Source of the DNA: a virus
DNA length: 64,000 nucleotides
IMG/VR virus record: IMGVR_UViG_3300037225_000856
Location: 1-64,000 of that record
Strand: one strand, 5' to 3'
Below, piece after piece: positions 29,448-38,634 of this stretch; the first letter of the stretch is position 1, and each line of letters opens with the position of its first letter. The notes beneath the pieces are model-generated. The model searched no databases and had not been told where the DNA came from. It saw nothing but the letters and a program-made list of their open reading frames with translations. Position numbers and translations under genes: made by a program.

Positions 29448-30225
29448 TGAATTTATAAGTAGCTTTCAATATACAAATGACGGTATTGGAAAAAATACAT
29501 CAATTAACGATGTTAATAAGGAACAGCTTTTAGTTGGTATTGCTGTTGAAATGGAACATACAACCGATTTAAATCAATCAGCATCTATTGCGATTGATCA
29601 TCTGACTGAAAATAATGAGTATTATTCAATTTTAATTAAAAGTGGTTTAGTTGACGAAAATAAGGCGTTAGAATTAAGTAAACAATTTTTGAATATTACT
29701 ACAAGCGAAGATACTCCTAATGATTCGGTACAGGCAAATGCTGCTGCAGATGTAGATAAACCAGAAGGTGAAGAAAATGATAAAGAAATGACAAACATGT
29801 TGCTTGGTTTTAAACCTCATAACGTTGGTGATGAAATAGAAGGTGATGAAGAAACAGAAAAAACTCCTGAAGTAGAGCCAGAAAAAAAAGAAGATGAACT
29901 TGGAGAAGCAGAAGCAGGTTTTGAAGAATACACTGGCAATATTGGTGACAGATATGCTGATGATGATGGTAATGAATTTGTTGTTCATAATAAAGTAAAA
30001 GGTGGTGTAACATTAAAAACTCAAAGTGGAGAAATAGAAGTTGCAACAAGTGATTTAAAATTTTATAAAAAATTAAATGAAGGTGAAACCGCAAAAAAAA
30101 TAATTACTGAAGAACAAATTAAAACAGCAAAAAGAACCTTAAGCAATAGTAAAGTTCCAACTGGTATGACAAAAAAAGAAGCTGTGCAGATTTTAATGAA
30201 TAATAATCTGAAGAAGATACTATAA
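29437..30225 (+). CDS. Acidic protein with GI.VEMEH...IA.DHL.E..YY domain (DUF5661-like)
   Basis: QLLVGIAVEMEHT...IAIDHLTENNEYYS motif; LNE and ITE sites. Confidence 0.6.
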   Translation: MKFNEFISSFQYTNDGIGKNTSINDVNKEQLLVGIAVEMEHTTDLNQSASIAIDHLTENNEYYSILIKSGLVDENKALELSKQFLNITTSEDTPNDSVQANAAADVDKPEGEENDKEMTNMLLGFKPHNVGDEIEGDEETEKTPEVEPEKKEDELGEAEAGFEEYTGNIGDRYADDDGNEFVVHNKVKGGVTLKTQSGEIEVATSDLKFYKKLNEGETAKKIITEEQIKTAKRTLSNSKVPTGMTKKEAVQILMNNNLKKIL

Positions 30226-30246
30226 TAATTACAACTTTTCAATAAT

Positions 30247-30275
30247 AAAAAGACTACCAAATGTAGTCTTTTTTG
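30247..30275 (+). terminator. Intrinsic terminator
   Basis: AAAAAGACTAC-caaat-GTAGTCTTTTTT. Confidence 0.8.
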
Positions 30276-30306
30276 TTTTAGAGTATTTATTATAAAATAA
30301 ATTAAA

Positions 30307-31869
30307 ATGAGTACCTACCGTTCATATATATTAAAAAATAATACGCTGATAAGTAGCAATCTTACCAACAATTCACAGAATCCTGTAACTGAAGTATCAT
30401 ACGGTACATCAGAAAAGGAATTGAGTAGATTTATTTTTGATATTGATTTAAGTGGTTTACGTGCTAAAATTACTGATGGCACGATTAATCCAGCCAGAAT
30501 TAGTGCGCACACATTGCATATGACCAATACGATTAGATATTCACCAGACCGTCTTGGTAAAAAATCATATCTACCAAATATTAATAGAGCAAGTAGTTTT
30601 GACCTTCAATTATTTAATGTCAATCAGAATTGGGATGAAGGTAGCGGATATGAATTTGATTATGGTAAAAATTTATTTCAATTTAGCTTGCCCAATCAAC
30701 CACCAAATTCATATTATGTAAGAAATGGGGTTATTTTATCTGGCACTACTGGTACTACTGGCAGTACAATAACTGGTGTTACAATAATATATAATACTTC
30801 AGAATCATTAGATTTCGCATCAAATGTAGGAATATCTAACTGGCTTCAAGCAAGTGGAAATACTAATTGGACTAAAGCTGGCGCATACATTAGTGGTGTA
30901 ACTCAAATAATAGGCAGCGAACATTTTGAAAAGGGTGATGAAAATATTGATGTTGATGTTACTGATTATATAAATCAAAGACTATTCGGTACTGGTTATA
31001 CTGGTACAACAGGATTTACTGGTAGTTCTTTTGGTATTGGTATTAAATTTCCAGACAGTTTTGAAGCACTTGACCCTGTATTAAGACAAGCTGTTGCATT
31101 TTTTGCAAAGCATACTAATACTTATTACGAACCATATATTGAAACAACAATTGATGATAAAATAGTTGATGATAGAAATTATTTTTATTTGGACAAAAAT
31201 AACGATTTATTTTTATATTTAAATGTCGGTAATGGCAATGTTTCATATACAGCAACTGTAAATAAAGTTGAAATTTTTGATCAGGATGATAATTTAGTTT
31301 CAGGATTTACAGGTAGTTCAATAGTTAATGTAAGTAAAGGTATTTATAAAATTACATTGAATGTTGATTCTCAAACATATCCAGACGCTGTTTTATTCAA
31401 AGATAAATGGTCAGTGACTGTTAATGGTAAAAATTTTATACATGAAGGTGAATTTTATTTAATATCTCAGCATAAATTCTATACCTTTGATCAATCAAAC
31501 CAAATTAATTTTGAAAATTACTTCTTTTATTTCTGGGGAATTGGTGAAAAAGAGAACATTAGAGCAGGTGTAACAAAAAAAATTAAATTAACTATCAAAG
31601 AACTCTATGCAAATCAAAATAATTTCTTACCTTTGGATATTGAATACAGGTTATTTACAACAGTAGGAAAAAAATATGAACTTGATTTAATACCATTTAC
31701 TTCAGTGAACAGAACAAATACAGGATATGAGTTCAATCTTGACACATCATGGTTGATACCCCAAGACTATTTCTTGCAACTTAGAATGAAAAATGGTGAC
31801 TACTATGAAAATAAACAAACACTTTCATTTACTGTTGTTTCTGATGGAAAATTAAGTACTGTTTGTTAA
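30307..31869 (+). CDS. Putative virion structural protein
   Basis: Starts 23 nt after TATTTAT at 30284; beta-rich, with SRFIFD, WDEG.G and TG-rich linkers. Confidence 0.55.
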   Translation: MSTYRSYILKNNTLISSNLTNNSQNPVTEVSYGTSEKELSRFIFDIDLSGLRAKITDGTINPARISAHTLHMTNTIRYSPDRLGKKSYLPNINRASSFDLQLFNVNQNWDEGSGYEFDYGKNLFQFSLPNQPPNSYYVRNGVILSGTTGTTGSTITGVTIIYNTSESLDFASNVGISNWLQASGNTNWTKAGAYISGVTQIIGSEHFEKGDENIDVDVTDYINQRLFGTGYTGTTGFTGSSFGIGIKFPDSFEALDPVLRQAVAFFAKHTNTYYEPYIETTIDDKIVDDRNYFYLDKNNDLFLYLNVGNGNVSYTATVNKVEIFDQDDNLVSGFTGSSIVNVSKGIYKITLNVDSQTYPDAVLFKDKWSVTVNGKNFIHEGEFYLISQHKFYTFDQSNQINFENYFFYFWGIGEKENIRAGVTKKIKLTIKELYANQNNFLPLDIEYRLFTTVGKKYELDLIPFTSVNRTNTGYEFNLDTSWLIPQDYFLQLRMKNGDYYENKQTLSFTVVSDGKLSTVC

Positions 31870-31920
31870 GAAAATTTCAGTTTATTTTTAAAAATCCTTG
31901 TATTTATAATAAATGTGAAT

Positions 31921-31928
31921 TATATTTG
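31921..31928 (+). promoter_or_regulatory. Bacteroidota-type -7 element upstream of the SSB-recA block
   Basis: TAtaTTTG with TTG about 23 nt upstream, overlapping TATTTATA at 31901. Confidence 0.6.
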
Positions 31929-31977
31929 TAAACAATTTTATAATTGAAAAATAACTTTAAATGTAAATTTATTAAAA

Positions 31978-33189
31978 ATGGAAAATCAAAATGAAAATGT
32001 GGCAAACACTCAAGGTAGTGAGTTGTCAAAATCTAACAAAGAATTGGTTGATATAAAAACCAAAAACACAAAAGCTAAACGTAGAACAAGTGAAGAAATC
32101 TTAGCAAAGTATTTTACTCCACGTAAGGATAGTGAATCCTTTAGAATTTTACCCCCAAAATCAGGCAGGAAAACTATTGAAGTTGCGTTTTTTCATGTTA
32201 TTCAAACTAATATTGCTGGTGGAAAGAAAAAATTTTCAAAAATTTATTGTCCCACTCACAATGACCCAAGGGTAAAAAAGACAGATAAAAATGGTCAGGT
32301 TGTATTGGATGAAAAAAATCTTCCAGTAATGATTCCAGCTCCATGTCCGTTATGTGAAAAATCAGCAAAATTACTTGAAACACAAGATCCTTCAATAAAA
32401 TTCATCAAAAAAGAAAATATGACTGATGAACAGAAAAAAATTAACGAAAAAAATAAAGCAATTTTTATAGAAGCAAATAATTGGGCAGCAAAAAAATTCT
32501 ATATTGTTCGTGGAATTGATATGGGTAATACTAAAGATGATATTAAATTCTGGAGATTTAAACACAGTTTTAAAGGTGATGGTACTCTTGAAAAACTTCT
32601 TCCGGCTTTAAATGAATTTAATTCACTACATCAGGTTAGTTTTACTGATGTAAATAATGGAGCTACATTATATATTACTATGGGTTATACTAAAGTAGGT
32701 GCTCAAGAATACAGAACAGTTTTAAGAATTAGTTCTCGTGGGAAATCTCCACTTCATACTGACCCATTGGTTATAGAAAAATGGGTTACTGAAGATATTA
32801 CTTGGAGAGAAGTATTTCAACCAAGAAAAGCACCAAATATTACGCCATTTGAATATCTCCAAATGGTAAGTGTTGGAATTGACCCTTATTGGGATGATAG
32901 TGATTCAAACAAGAAGCATTGGGTATTTCCAAACAATCCAGAATTAGAAGAACGTGCAAATACTCGTACACAAAATCTTGATGCTGATAATGATGAAAAA
33001 ATCGAATATGCTTCTGATGTGGTTGATGAAGAATATTCATATGTTCCTATCAGTATAACTCCTGTTAATACACCCATTTCTAATGTAGAAACATCAATCA
33101 CACTTTCAAATGAAAATGCGGATTTACAGGTAATTGATGAAGAAGATCAGGGGAAATCAGGTAATGAGTATGACGATTTGCCATTCTGA
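31978..33189 (+). CDS. T4 gp32-like single-stranded DNA-binding protein
   Basis: FRILPP, FFH, YCP...CPLC zinc ligands, KFWRF, acidic tail ending DDLPF; adjacent to recA. Confidence 0.75.
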   Translation: MENQNENVANTQGSELSKSNKELVDIKTKNTKAKRRTSEEILAKYFTPRKDSESFRILPPKSGRKTIEVAFFHVIQTNIAGGKKKFSKIYCPTHNDPRVKKTDKNGQVVLDEKNLPVMIPAPCPLCEKSAKLLETQDPSIKFIKKENMTDEQKKINEKNKAIFIEANNWAAKKFYIVRGIDMGNTKDDIKFWRFKHSFKGDGTLEKLLPALNEFNSLHQVSFTDVNNGATLYITMGYTKVGAQEYRTVLRISSRGKSPLHTDPLVIEKWVTEDITWREVFQPRKAPNITPFEYLQMVSVGIDPYWDDSDSNKKHWVFPNNPELEERANTRTQNLDADNDEKIEYASDVVDEEYSYVPISITPVNTPISNVETSITLSNENADLQVIDEEDQGKSGNEYDDLPF

Positions 33190-33228
33190 TGTAATTGATA
33201 GTCAGTTAGTTTCAAAAATAATTTTTTA

Positions 33229-33264
33229 TAATAAAGGGGAAAAATGAAAATTTCCCCTTTATTA
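33229..33264 (+). terminator. Intergenic hairpin or terminator
   Basis: TAATAAAGGGGAAA...TTTCCCCTTTATTA inverted repeat. Confidence 0.65.
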
Positions 33265-33288
33265 TCTTATTTAAAAAAATAAAATATT

Positions 33289-34419
33289 ATGACAAAAGTA
33301 GCAGAAGAAGTACCTTCAAATGACAAGGTACGCAAACCAATACCTAAAAAGAATTTCTCGTTAGATAATTATAAGAAAAAAATTGGTGCAGAAGATATTC
33401 CAGACAAACCGTTAGAATGGATAAAACTGAATCCTTCAATGGAAAAAGCTACAGGATTACCCGGATTTCCTAAAGGATATGTTTCAGTACCACGTGGTTA
33501 TACAAATACTGGTAAATCAACAGCATTGTGTGAAGCAATTGTAAGTGCACAAAAAATGGGCATTTTTCCAATTATTATTGATACTGAAAACAATTTAGGT
33601 ATTAGTAGATTAGAAACTATGGGATTTGATTGGAGTGGTAATTATATTATTGTTGACAATGAATATCTTCTTGAAAATTTTGGCAGAAAACAAGACCCAA
33701 AAAGAAATGAAGCAGCAATTGAAGATATGGCAAAATGTATTTATTTTTTCCTTGATCAGCAAGATGCTGGCGATCTTCCATTTGATTTATTATTTGCAAT
33801 TGATTCTATTGGTACATTAAATTGTATTAAAACTATTAATGCAGAAGAGAAAAATGGTACGGACAATAATATGTGGAACGCAGGGTCCAGCGAAAAGTCA
33901 TTTATGAATTTATTAAATAATATTATTCCAAACAGTAGAAAAGTTAATAAACCATATACAAATACACTTATAGCTGTTCAGAAAATATGGTATGATTCGA
34001 TGAATAAAGTGATTAAACACAAACATGGCGAAACGTTTTTCTTTGGTGCAAGATTAATATATCATTTTGGTGGCATTTTAACTCATGGTACTCAAAGAGT
34101 TATTGCAACCAGCAAAAAACGTGATGTTGCTTATGGTATTGAAACAAAAGTAAATGTTGCGAAGAATCACATTAATGGTCCACTTGGTGGTATATCAATG
34201 GAAGGTAAGATTATATCAACCCCGCACGGATTCGTATTTCCTGATGACCTTGATGAATATAAGAAAAAAAATATATTATATTTTCGTAATATATTTGGCG
34301 AAGACACTAATGCAGAAGATATTACTAATAAATTCAAAAAAGTTTCAGGTGATGGAGAAACAGATTCATTTGAAGATGAAATAATTGAAAGAAGTCCAGA
34401 ATTACCAGAAATTGAATAA
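33289..34419 (+). CDS. RecA/UvsX-like recombinase
   Basis: Walker A GYTNTGKST, IDTE, Walker B FAIDSIG, KNH motifs. Confidence 0.88.
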   Translation: MTKVAEEVPSNDKVRKPIPKKNFSLDNYKKKIGAEDIPDKPLEWIKLNPSMEKATGLPGFPKGYVSVPRGYTNTGKSTALCEAIVSAQKMGIFPIIIDTENNLGISRLETMGFDWSGNYIIVDNEYLLENFGRKQDPKRNEAAIEDMAKCIYFFLDQQDAGDLPFDLLFAIDSIGTLNCIKTINAEEKNGTDNNMWNAGSSEKSFMNLLNNIIPNSRKVNKPYTNTLIAVQKIWYDSMNKVIKHKHGETFFFGARLIYHFGGILTHGTQRVIATSKKRDVAYGIETKVNVAKNHINGPLGGISMEGKIISTPHGFVFPDDLDEYKKKNILYFRNIFGEDTNAEDITNKFKKVSGDGETDSFEDEIIERSPELPEIE

Positions 34420-34466
34420 TGAAAATCTTTGGTAAGTGACAATAAGTCACCCGCCAATTTTTAAAT

Positions 34467-35411
34467 ATGAGAAAAGCAAATAAATATTGGACAAAAGAAC
34501 GCTGTATTGAAGAAGCGTTAAAATATGATAGTAGAACTGATTTTAAAAATAAATCAAGTGCGTGTTATTCAATATCAGTAAGAAAGGGTTGGCATGATGA
34601 GATATGTCAACACATGATATATAAACAATTACCTAATGGTTATTGGACAAAAAAAAAGTGTCATGAAGAAGCATTAAAATATAATGCCAGAAGAGAATTT
34701 CAAAAAAATTCAAAATCGGCTTATTCAGTGGCGCATACCAATGGATGGTTAAATGACATATGTGTACATATGCATAGAGAAGCACTTTTAAGTGATTATT
34801 GGACGAAAGAAAAATGTCAGGCAGAAGCGTTAAAATATAAAACTAAAAAGGAGTTTAAAGAAAATTGTCGTCAGGCATATACAATTTCATGTAATAATAA
34901 ATGGATTGATGAAATTTCGAAACATATGTCTTTATTAAAAAAACCTATTAGTTATTGGACTGAAGAAATGTGTAAAGCAGAAGCATTAAAATATCAATAT
35001 AAAACAGATTATATAATACATTCACAAAAAGCATATAATATTGCCCAAAAAAATGGTTGGAACAAAAGACATTGCAATCATATGATAATTTTAGGTGATA
35101 AGTATAATAGATTAATATATGTATATGAATTTTTAGATAATTACGCATATGTTGGTTTAACATTTAATATGAAAAAAAGAAATGCAAAACATTTAAGTTT
35201 AAATGAAATTAAACTCACTTCTGTGGCTAAACATATGTCTGAGACTAATTTAACTCCAACCTTAATAAAATTAACAGATTATTTGCCTGTTAAAGTTGCA
35301 CAAAATTTAGAAGATTTTTATATTGAAAAATATAAAAAAGGCGGATGGTTATTATTAAATAAACTTAAAGGAGGCGGATTAGGTTCAACAAGAAAAATAA
35401 TCAGAAAATGA
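34467..35411 (+). mobile_element. Homing endonuclease: four WT.E.C..EALKY repeats plus a C-terminal GIY-YIG domain
   Basis: IYVYEF...YVGLT....R...H, E..YI, LLN motifs. Confidence 0.8.
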
Positions 35412-36451
35412 AAATAAGAACATTACTTGTAGATGGCTCATATTTGCTTCAGCGTTCATTTCACGGAGCAAAAGATGTTTATAATAGTAAGGGAATACAT
35501 ATTGGTGGATTATACCAATTTTTAACAACACTTCGTAAGTTAATTAAAGAACACATGATAACAAAGGTCGTTATTATGTGGGACGGTGAATTTGGGGGAA
35601 AGGCTCGATATAATATTGATAATCAATATAAAGCCAATAGAATTTCAAAATCTTGGCACAATAAAATTGAATTAACTGATCGTGAAATAAAAATTGAAAA
35701 AGAAAAAAAAGACTCAATTCTTTTCCAAAGAACAAGAATTAAGGCTTATCTTGAAGAAATCTTCATAAGACAGGTTGAAATATTGGAAACAGAGGCTGAC
35801 GATCTTATTGCTGCTTATTGTTTAAAATATAATAATCTTGAAGAATTATTTATCTATTCAAGTGATAGGGATTTTGCACAATTACTAGATTTAAATATTA
35901 CAATATTATTTCCAAATATCGATCAACCAGTAAATAAGGCAAATTATATGATGTATTTTAATCACCATTATTCAAATGCGTTAATGCTTAAAATAATATG
36001 TGGTGATATCTCTGATAATATTGATGGCATTGAAGGAATGGGAGAAGATACTCTTTTAAAATATTTTCCTGAAATAAAATTTAAACACCTGACAGTTAGA
36101 GAAATTTGTAAAAGAGCAGATGAAATTAATCATGAAAGAGTTTTAAATAAAAAGAAACCTTTAAAGGCACTTGATAATCTTTTACATAACATCAACAGAC
36201 TGAAAACTAATTTTCAATTAGTTAATCTAAGAGAACCAATGATCAATGATGAAGTGAGAACAGAACTGGATAATATCGATTCACCATTGTCACTTGAGGA
36301 TAGAGGTAGTAAAAATCTCATTAAAATGATGAAAGAAGATGAATTTTTAACAGTTTATGGTAGTACGTTTGTTCAATATGTAGAACCATTTTATACTGTA
36401 ATTATGTGTGAAAGAGACTTATATCAAAAAAGCACCAATAAGAAAAAATAG
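35408..36451 (+). CDS. 5'-3' exonuclease / flap endonuclease (T4 RNase H-like)
   Basis: LLVDG, WDG, YKANR, EADDLIA, SSDRDFAQL, GDISDNIDGIEGMG motifs. Confidence 0.92.
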   Translation: MKIRTLLVDGSYLLQRSFHGAKDVYNSKGIHIGGLYQFLTTLRKLIKEHMITKVVIMWDGEFGGKARYNIDNQYKANRISKSWHNKIELTDREIKIEKEKKDSILFQRTRIKAYLEEIFIRQVEILETEADDLIAAYCLKYNNLEELFIYSSDRDFAQLLDLNITILFPNIDQPVNKANYMMYFNHHYSNALMLKIICGDISDNIDGIEGMGEDTLLKYFPEIKFKHLTVREICKRADEINHERVLNKKKPLKALDNLLHNINRLKTNFQLVNLREPMINDEVRTELDNIDSPLSLEDRGSKNLIKMMKEDEFLTVYGSTFVQYVEPFYTVIMCERDLYQKSTNKKK

Positions 36452-36528
36452 TTTTTAAAAAATCCTTTCTATTTAGAAAGATTTTAAATATATTTGTATA
36501 GTTTATTAACAATTTAAAATTTAATAAA

Positions 36529-37140
36529 ATGAATGAAAAAGAACGCAGTAATTTATTTAGATTTTCACTGTATCAGGAAAATATTTTATTGTGTGAAAAG
36601 GTATTTAATGCTGATCAATTTAATCCTTTCACAAGATATTCAATAGATATTAGAGATATTTTACCGAGATCAATTACTAAATTACAAAAAGCACTTTCTA
36701 AGAGAAATTATGATACTCTTATTGAAGGTGGCGAAGCATATGGAGATTTGTATCAATATAATCAAAGGATGATTAATATGTATTCGAAAGAATATAGAGA
36801 GAATATGCGTTATAATCCACAACCAATTGTTCAACAGATAGAAGAAAAAACAATTCGTGGTGTTGAATGTAAGATCGGATTTTATATTAACGATAAACCA
36901 ATTGTTGAAAGAATGTTTTATGTTGATGGTTTTAATCCTGTTGCAAGATGGTCATATGAGCTAACTCATAATGTAATTGTAATTGCAAATGACATTTTTA
37001 ATCAAATAAAAAGAAATGATATTAAAAATATGTGGGATGATTATGATTTAATTAATATTAGAGGATTATCAATTACTCAAATCAGAGAACTTTCTCCTTC
37101 TAAAAGAGAGGAAATGTTAAGAAGAATTAGACGAAATTAA
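36529..37140 (+). CDS. Hypothetical protein
   Basis: 203-aa ORF after TAtaTTTG at 36489. It contains an internally repeated E(K/R).F..D.FNP..R.S motif. Confidence 0.6.
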   Translation: MNEKERSNLFRFSLYQENILLCEKVFNADQFNPFTRYSIDIRDILPRSITKLQKALSKRNYDTLIEGGEAYGDLYQYNQRMINMYSKEYRENMRYNPQPIVQQIEEKTIRGVECKIGFYINDKPIVERMFYVDGFNPVARWSYELTHNVIVIANDIFNQIKRNDIKNMWDDYDLINIRGLSITQIRELSPSKREEMLRRIRRN

Positions 37141-37153
37141 AAAATAAAAAATT

Positions 37154-38218
37154 ATGAATGAAAATATAATTATAAATCCAGAATTACACAATCTGCTTGA
37201 CCCATTATCAGAAGAAGAATATAAATATCTTGAAGAAAGTCTTCTTAAAGAAGGATGTAGAGATTCAATAATATTGTGGAATGAAACACTCATAGATGGT
37301 CATAACAGATATGAAATATGTCAAAAATATAATATTAAATTTAATACATATCAATTAAATTTTGAAAGTATTATTGAAGCTGAAAAATGGATAATAATTA
37401 ATGCTTTTGGTAGAAGAAATATAAACACTTATCAACGTTCAAAATATTATTTAAAATATGAAAAACTTATAGCACCAATAGCAAAAGAAAACCAAAAATT
37501 GTCAAAGGGACGTGGAAAAAAAGGTTTGCAGATATCTGCAGACCTTAATATTGATACTCGTGAAGAAGTTGCAAAAAAAGCTGGAGTATCTCATGATACT
37601 ATTTATAAAGTTAAAAAAATTGAAGCAAAAGCTACTGATGAAATAAAAGAACAATTATCGTCTGGTGATATATCAGTGAATGAGGCTTATAAAAAAATAA
37701 CTGTCCATGTAGGTCAAAATTCGGGAGAAAATGAATGGTACACACCATCTAATATAATTGAATTAGCAAGACAGACTATGGGTTCAATTGATTTAGACCC
37801 AGCAACTTCAGAAATCGCAAATGAGACAGTAAAAGCAGAGGAAATATTCACTAAAGAAACTAATGGATTGGATAAACCTTGGAGTGGAAATGTGTGGTTA
37901 AATCCACCATATTCACAACCTTTAATTACTGAATTTTCAAAAAAAATAGTTGATGAACTGTCTAATATAAACCAAGCATGTGTATTGGTTAATAATGCAA
38001 CAGAAACAAATTGGTTACAAAATATAATGAGTGTTTGTAATGCTGTTTGTTTAATAAAAAGTAGAATAAAATTTATTGATATGAATGGTAATGCATCTGG
38101 TGCTCCATTACAAGGTCAAATTATTTTATATTTCGGTAATAATTTAAATAATTTTTATAATAATTTTAACACATTAGGAATATGTCTGAAGAAAATGACG
38201 ATAGAAGAGGAACAATAA
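37154..38218 (+). CDS. ParB-like N-terminal domain plus HTH fused to a phage N6-adenine DNA methyltransferase
   Basis: LIDGHNRY, RRN, EEVAKKAGVS; then NEWYTP, DLDPA, WLNPPYS, RIKF. Confidence 0.85.
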   Translation: MNENIIINPELHNLLDPLSEEEYKYLEESLLKEGCRDSIILWNETLIDGHNRYEICQKYNIKFNTYQLNFESIIEAEKWIIINAFGRRNINTYQRSKYYLKYEKLIAPIAKENQKLSKGRGKKGLQISADLNIDTREEVAKKAGVSHDTIYKVKKIEAKATDEIKEQLSSGDISVNEAYKKITVHVGQNSGENEWYTPSNIIELARQTMGSIDLDPATSEIANETVKAEEIFTKETNGLDKPWSGNVWLNPPYSQPLITEFSKKIVDELSNINQACVLVNNATETNWLQNIMSVCNAVCLIKSRIKFIDMNGNASGAPLQGQIILYFGNNLNNFYNNFNTLGICLKKMTIEEEQ

Positions 38219-38619
38219 AATATCCTGAACGTTATATACAATCAAAATTAATTTCATATCAAGGAATGGTGAGAATAAGAAATATTACTCCAACCGATAT
38301 TGATGGATTAATTGATTATAATGGTAATGTATTTGTTTATTTAGAAGGAAAATTAATTGGTAAAGATTTAGATTATGGACAAAGATTATGTTTTGAACAT
38401 TTAGTTCAATCGCATGAAAAAGCAGGAAATTTTTCGTGGGTGTTAGTTTTTGAATTTAATGAACCAGTTACTGAAATTATAATTGCAAAAAATAAATTTG
38501 TTCGTGAAATTTATGAGAGTAAAAGATTAAAATGGAGACCACCAGAGAAAAAAATAACATTAATTGAAGCTATTGAAGAAATTGAAAATTATTGTACAAA
38601 ACGTGGAATTCAAATATAA
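38182..38619 (+). CDS. Putative PD-(D/E)XK nuclease
   Basis: TDIDG...LEGK...GQ pattern; overlaps the methyltransferase gene. Confidence 0.5.
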   Translation: MSEENDDRRGTIKYPERYIQSKLISYQGMVRIRNITPTDIDGLIDYNGNVFVYLEGKLIGKDLDYGQRLCFEHLVQSHEKAGNFSWVLVFEFNEPVTEIIIAKNKFVREIYESKRLKWRPPEKKITLIEAIEEIENYCTKRGIQI

Positions 38620-38634
38620 ATAATCTTATACTTC

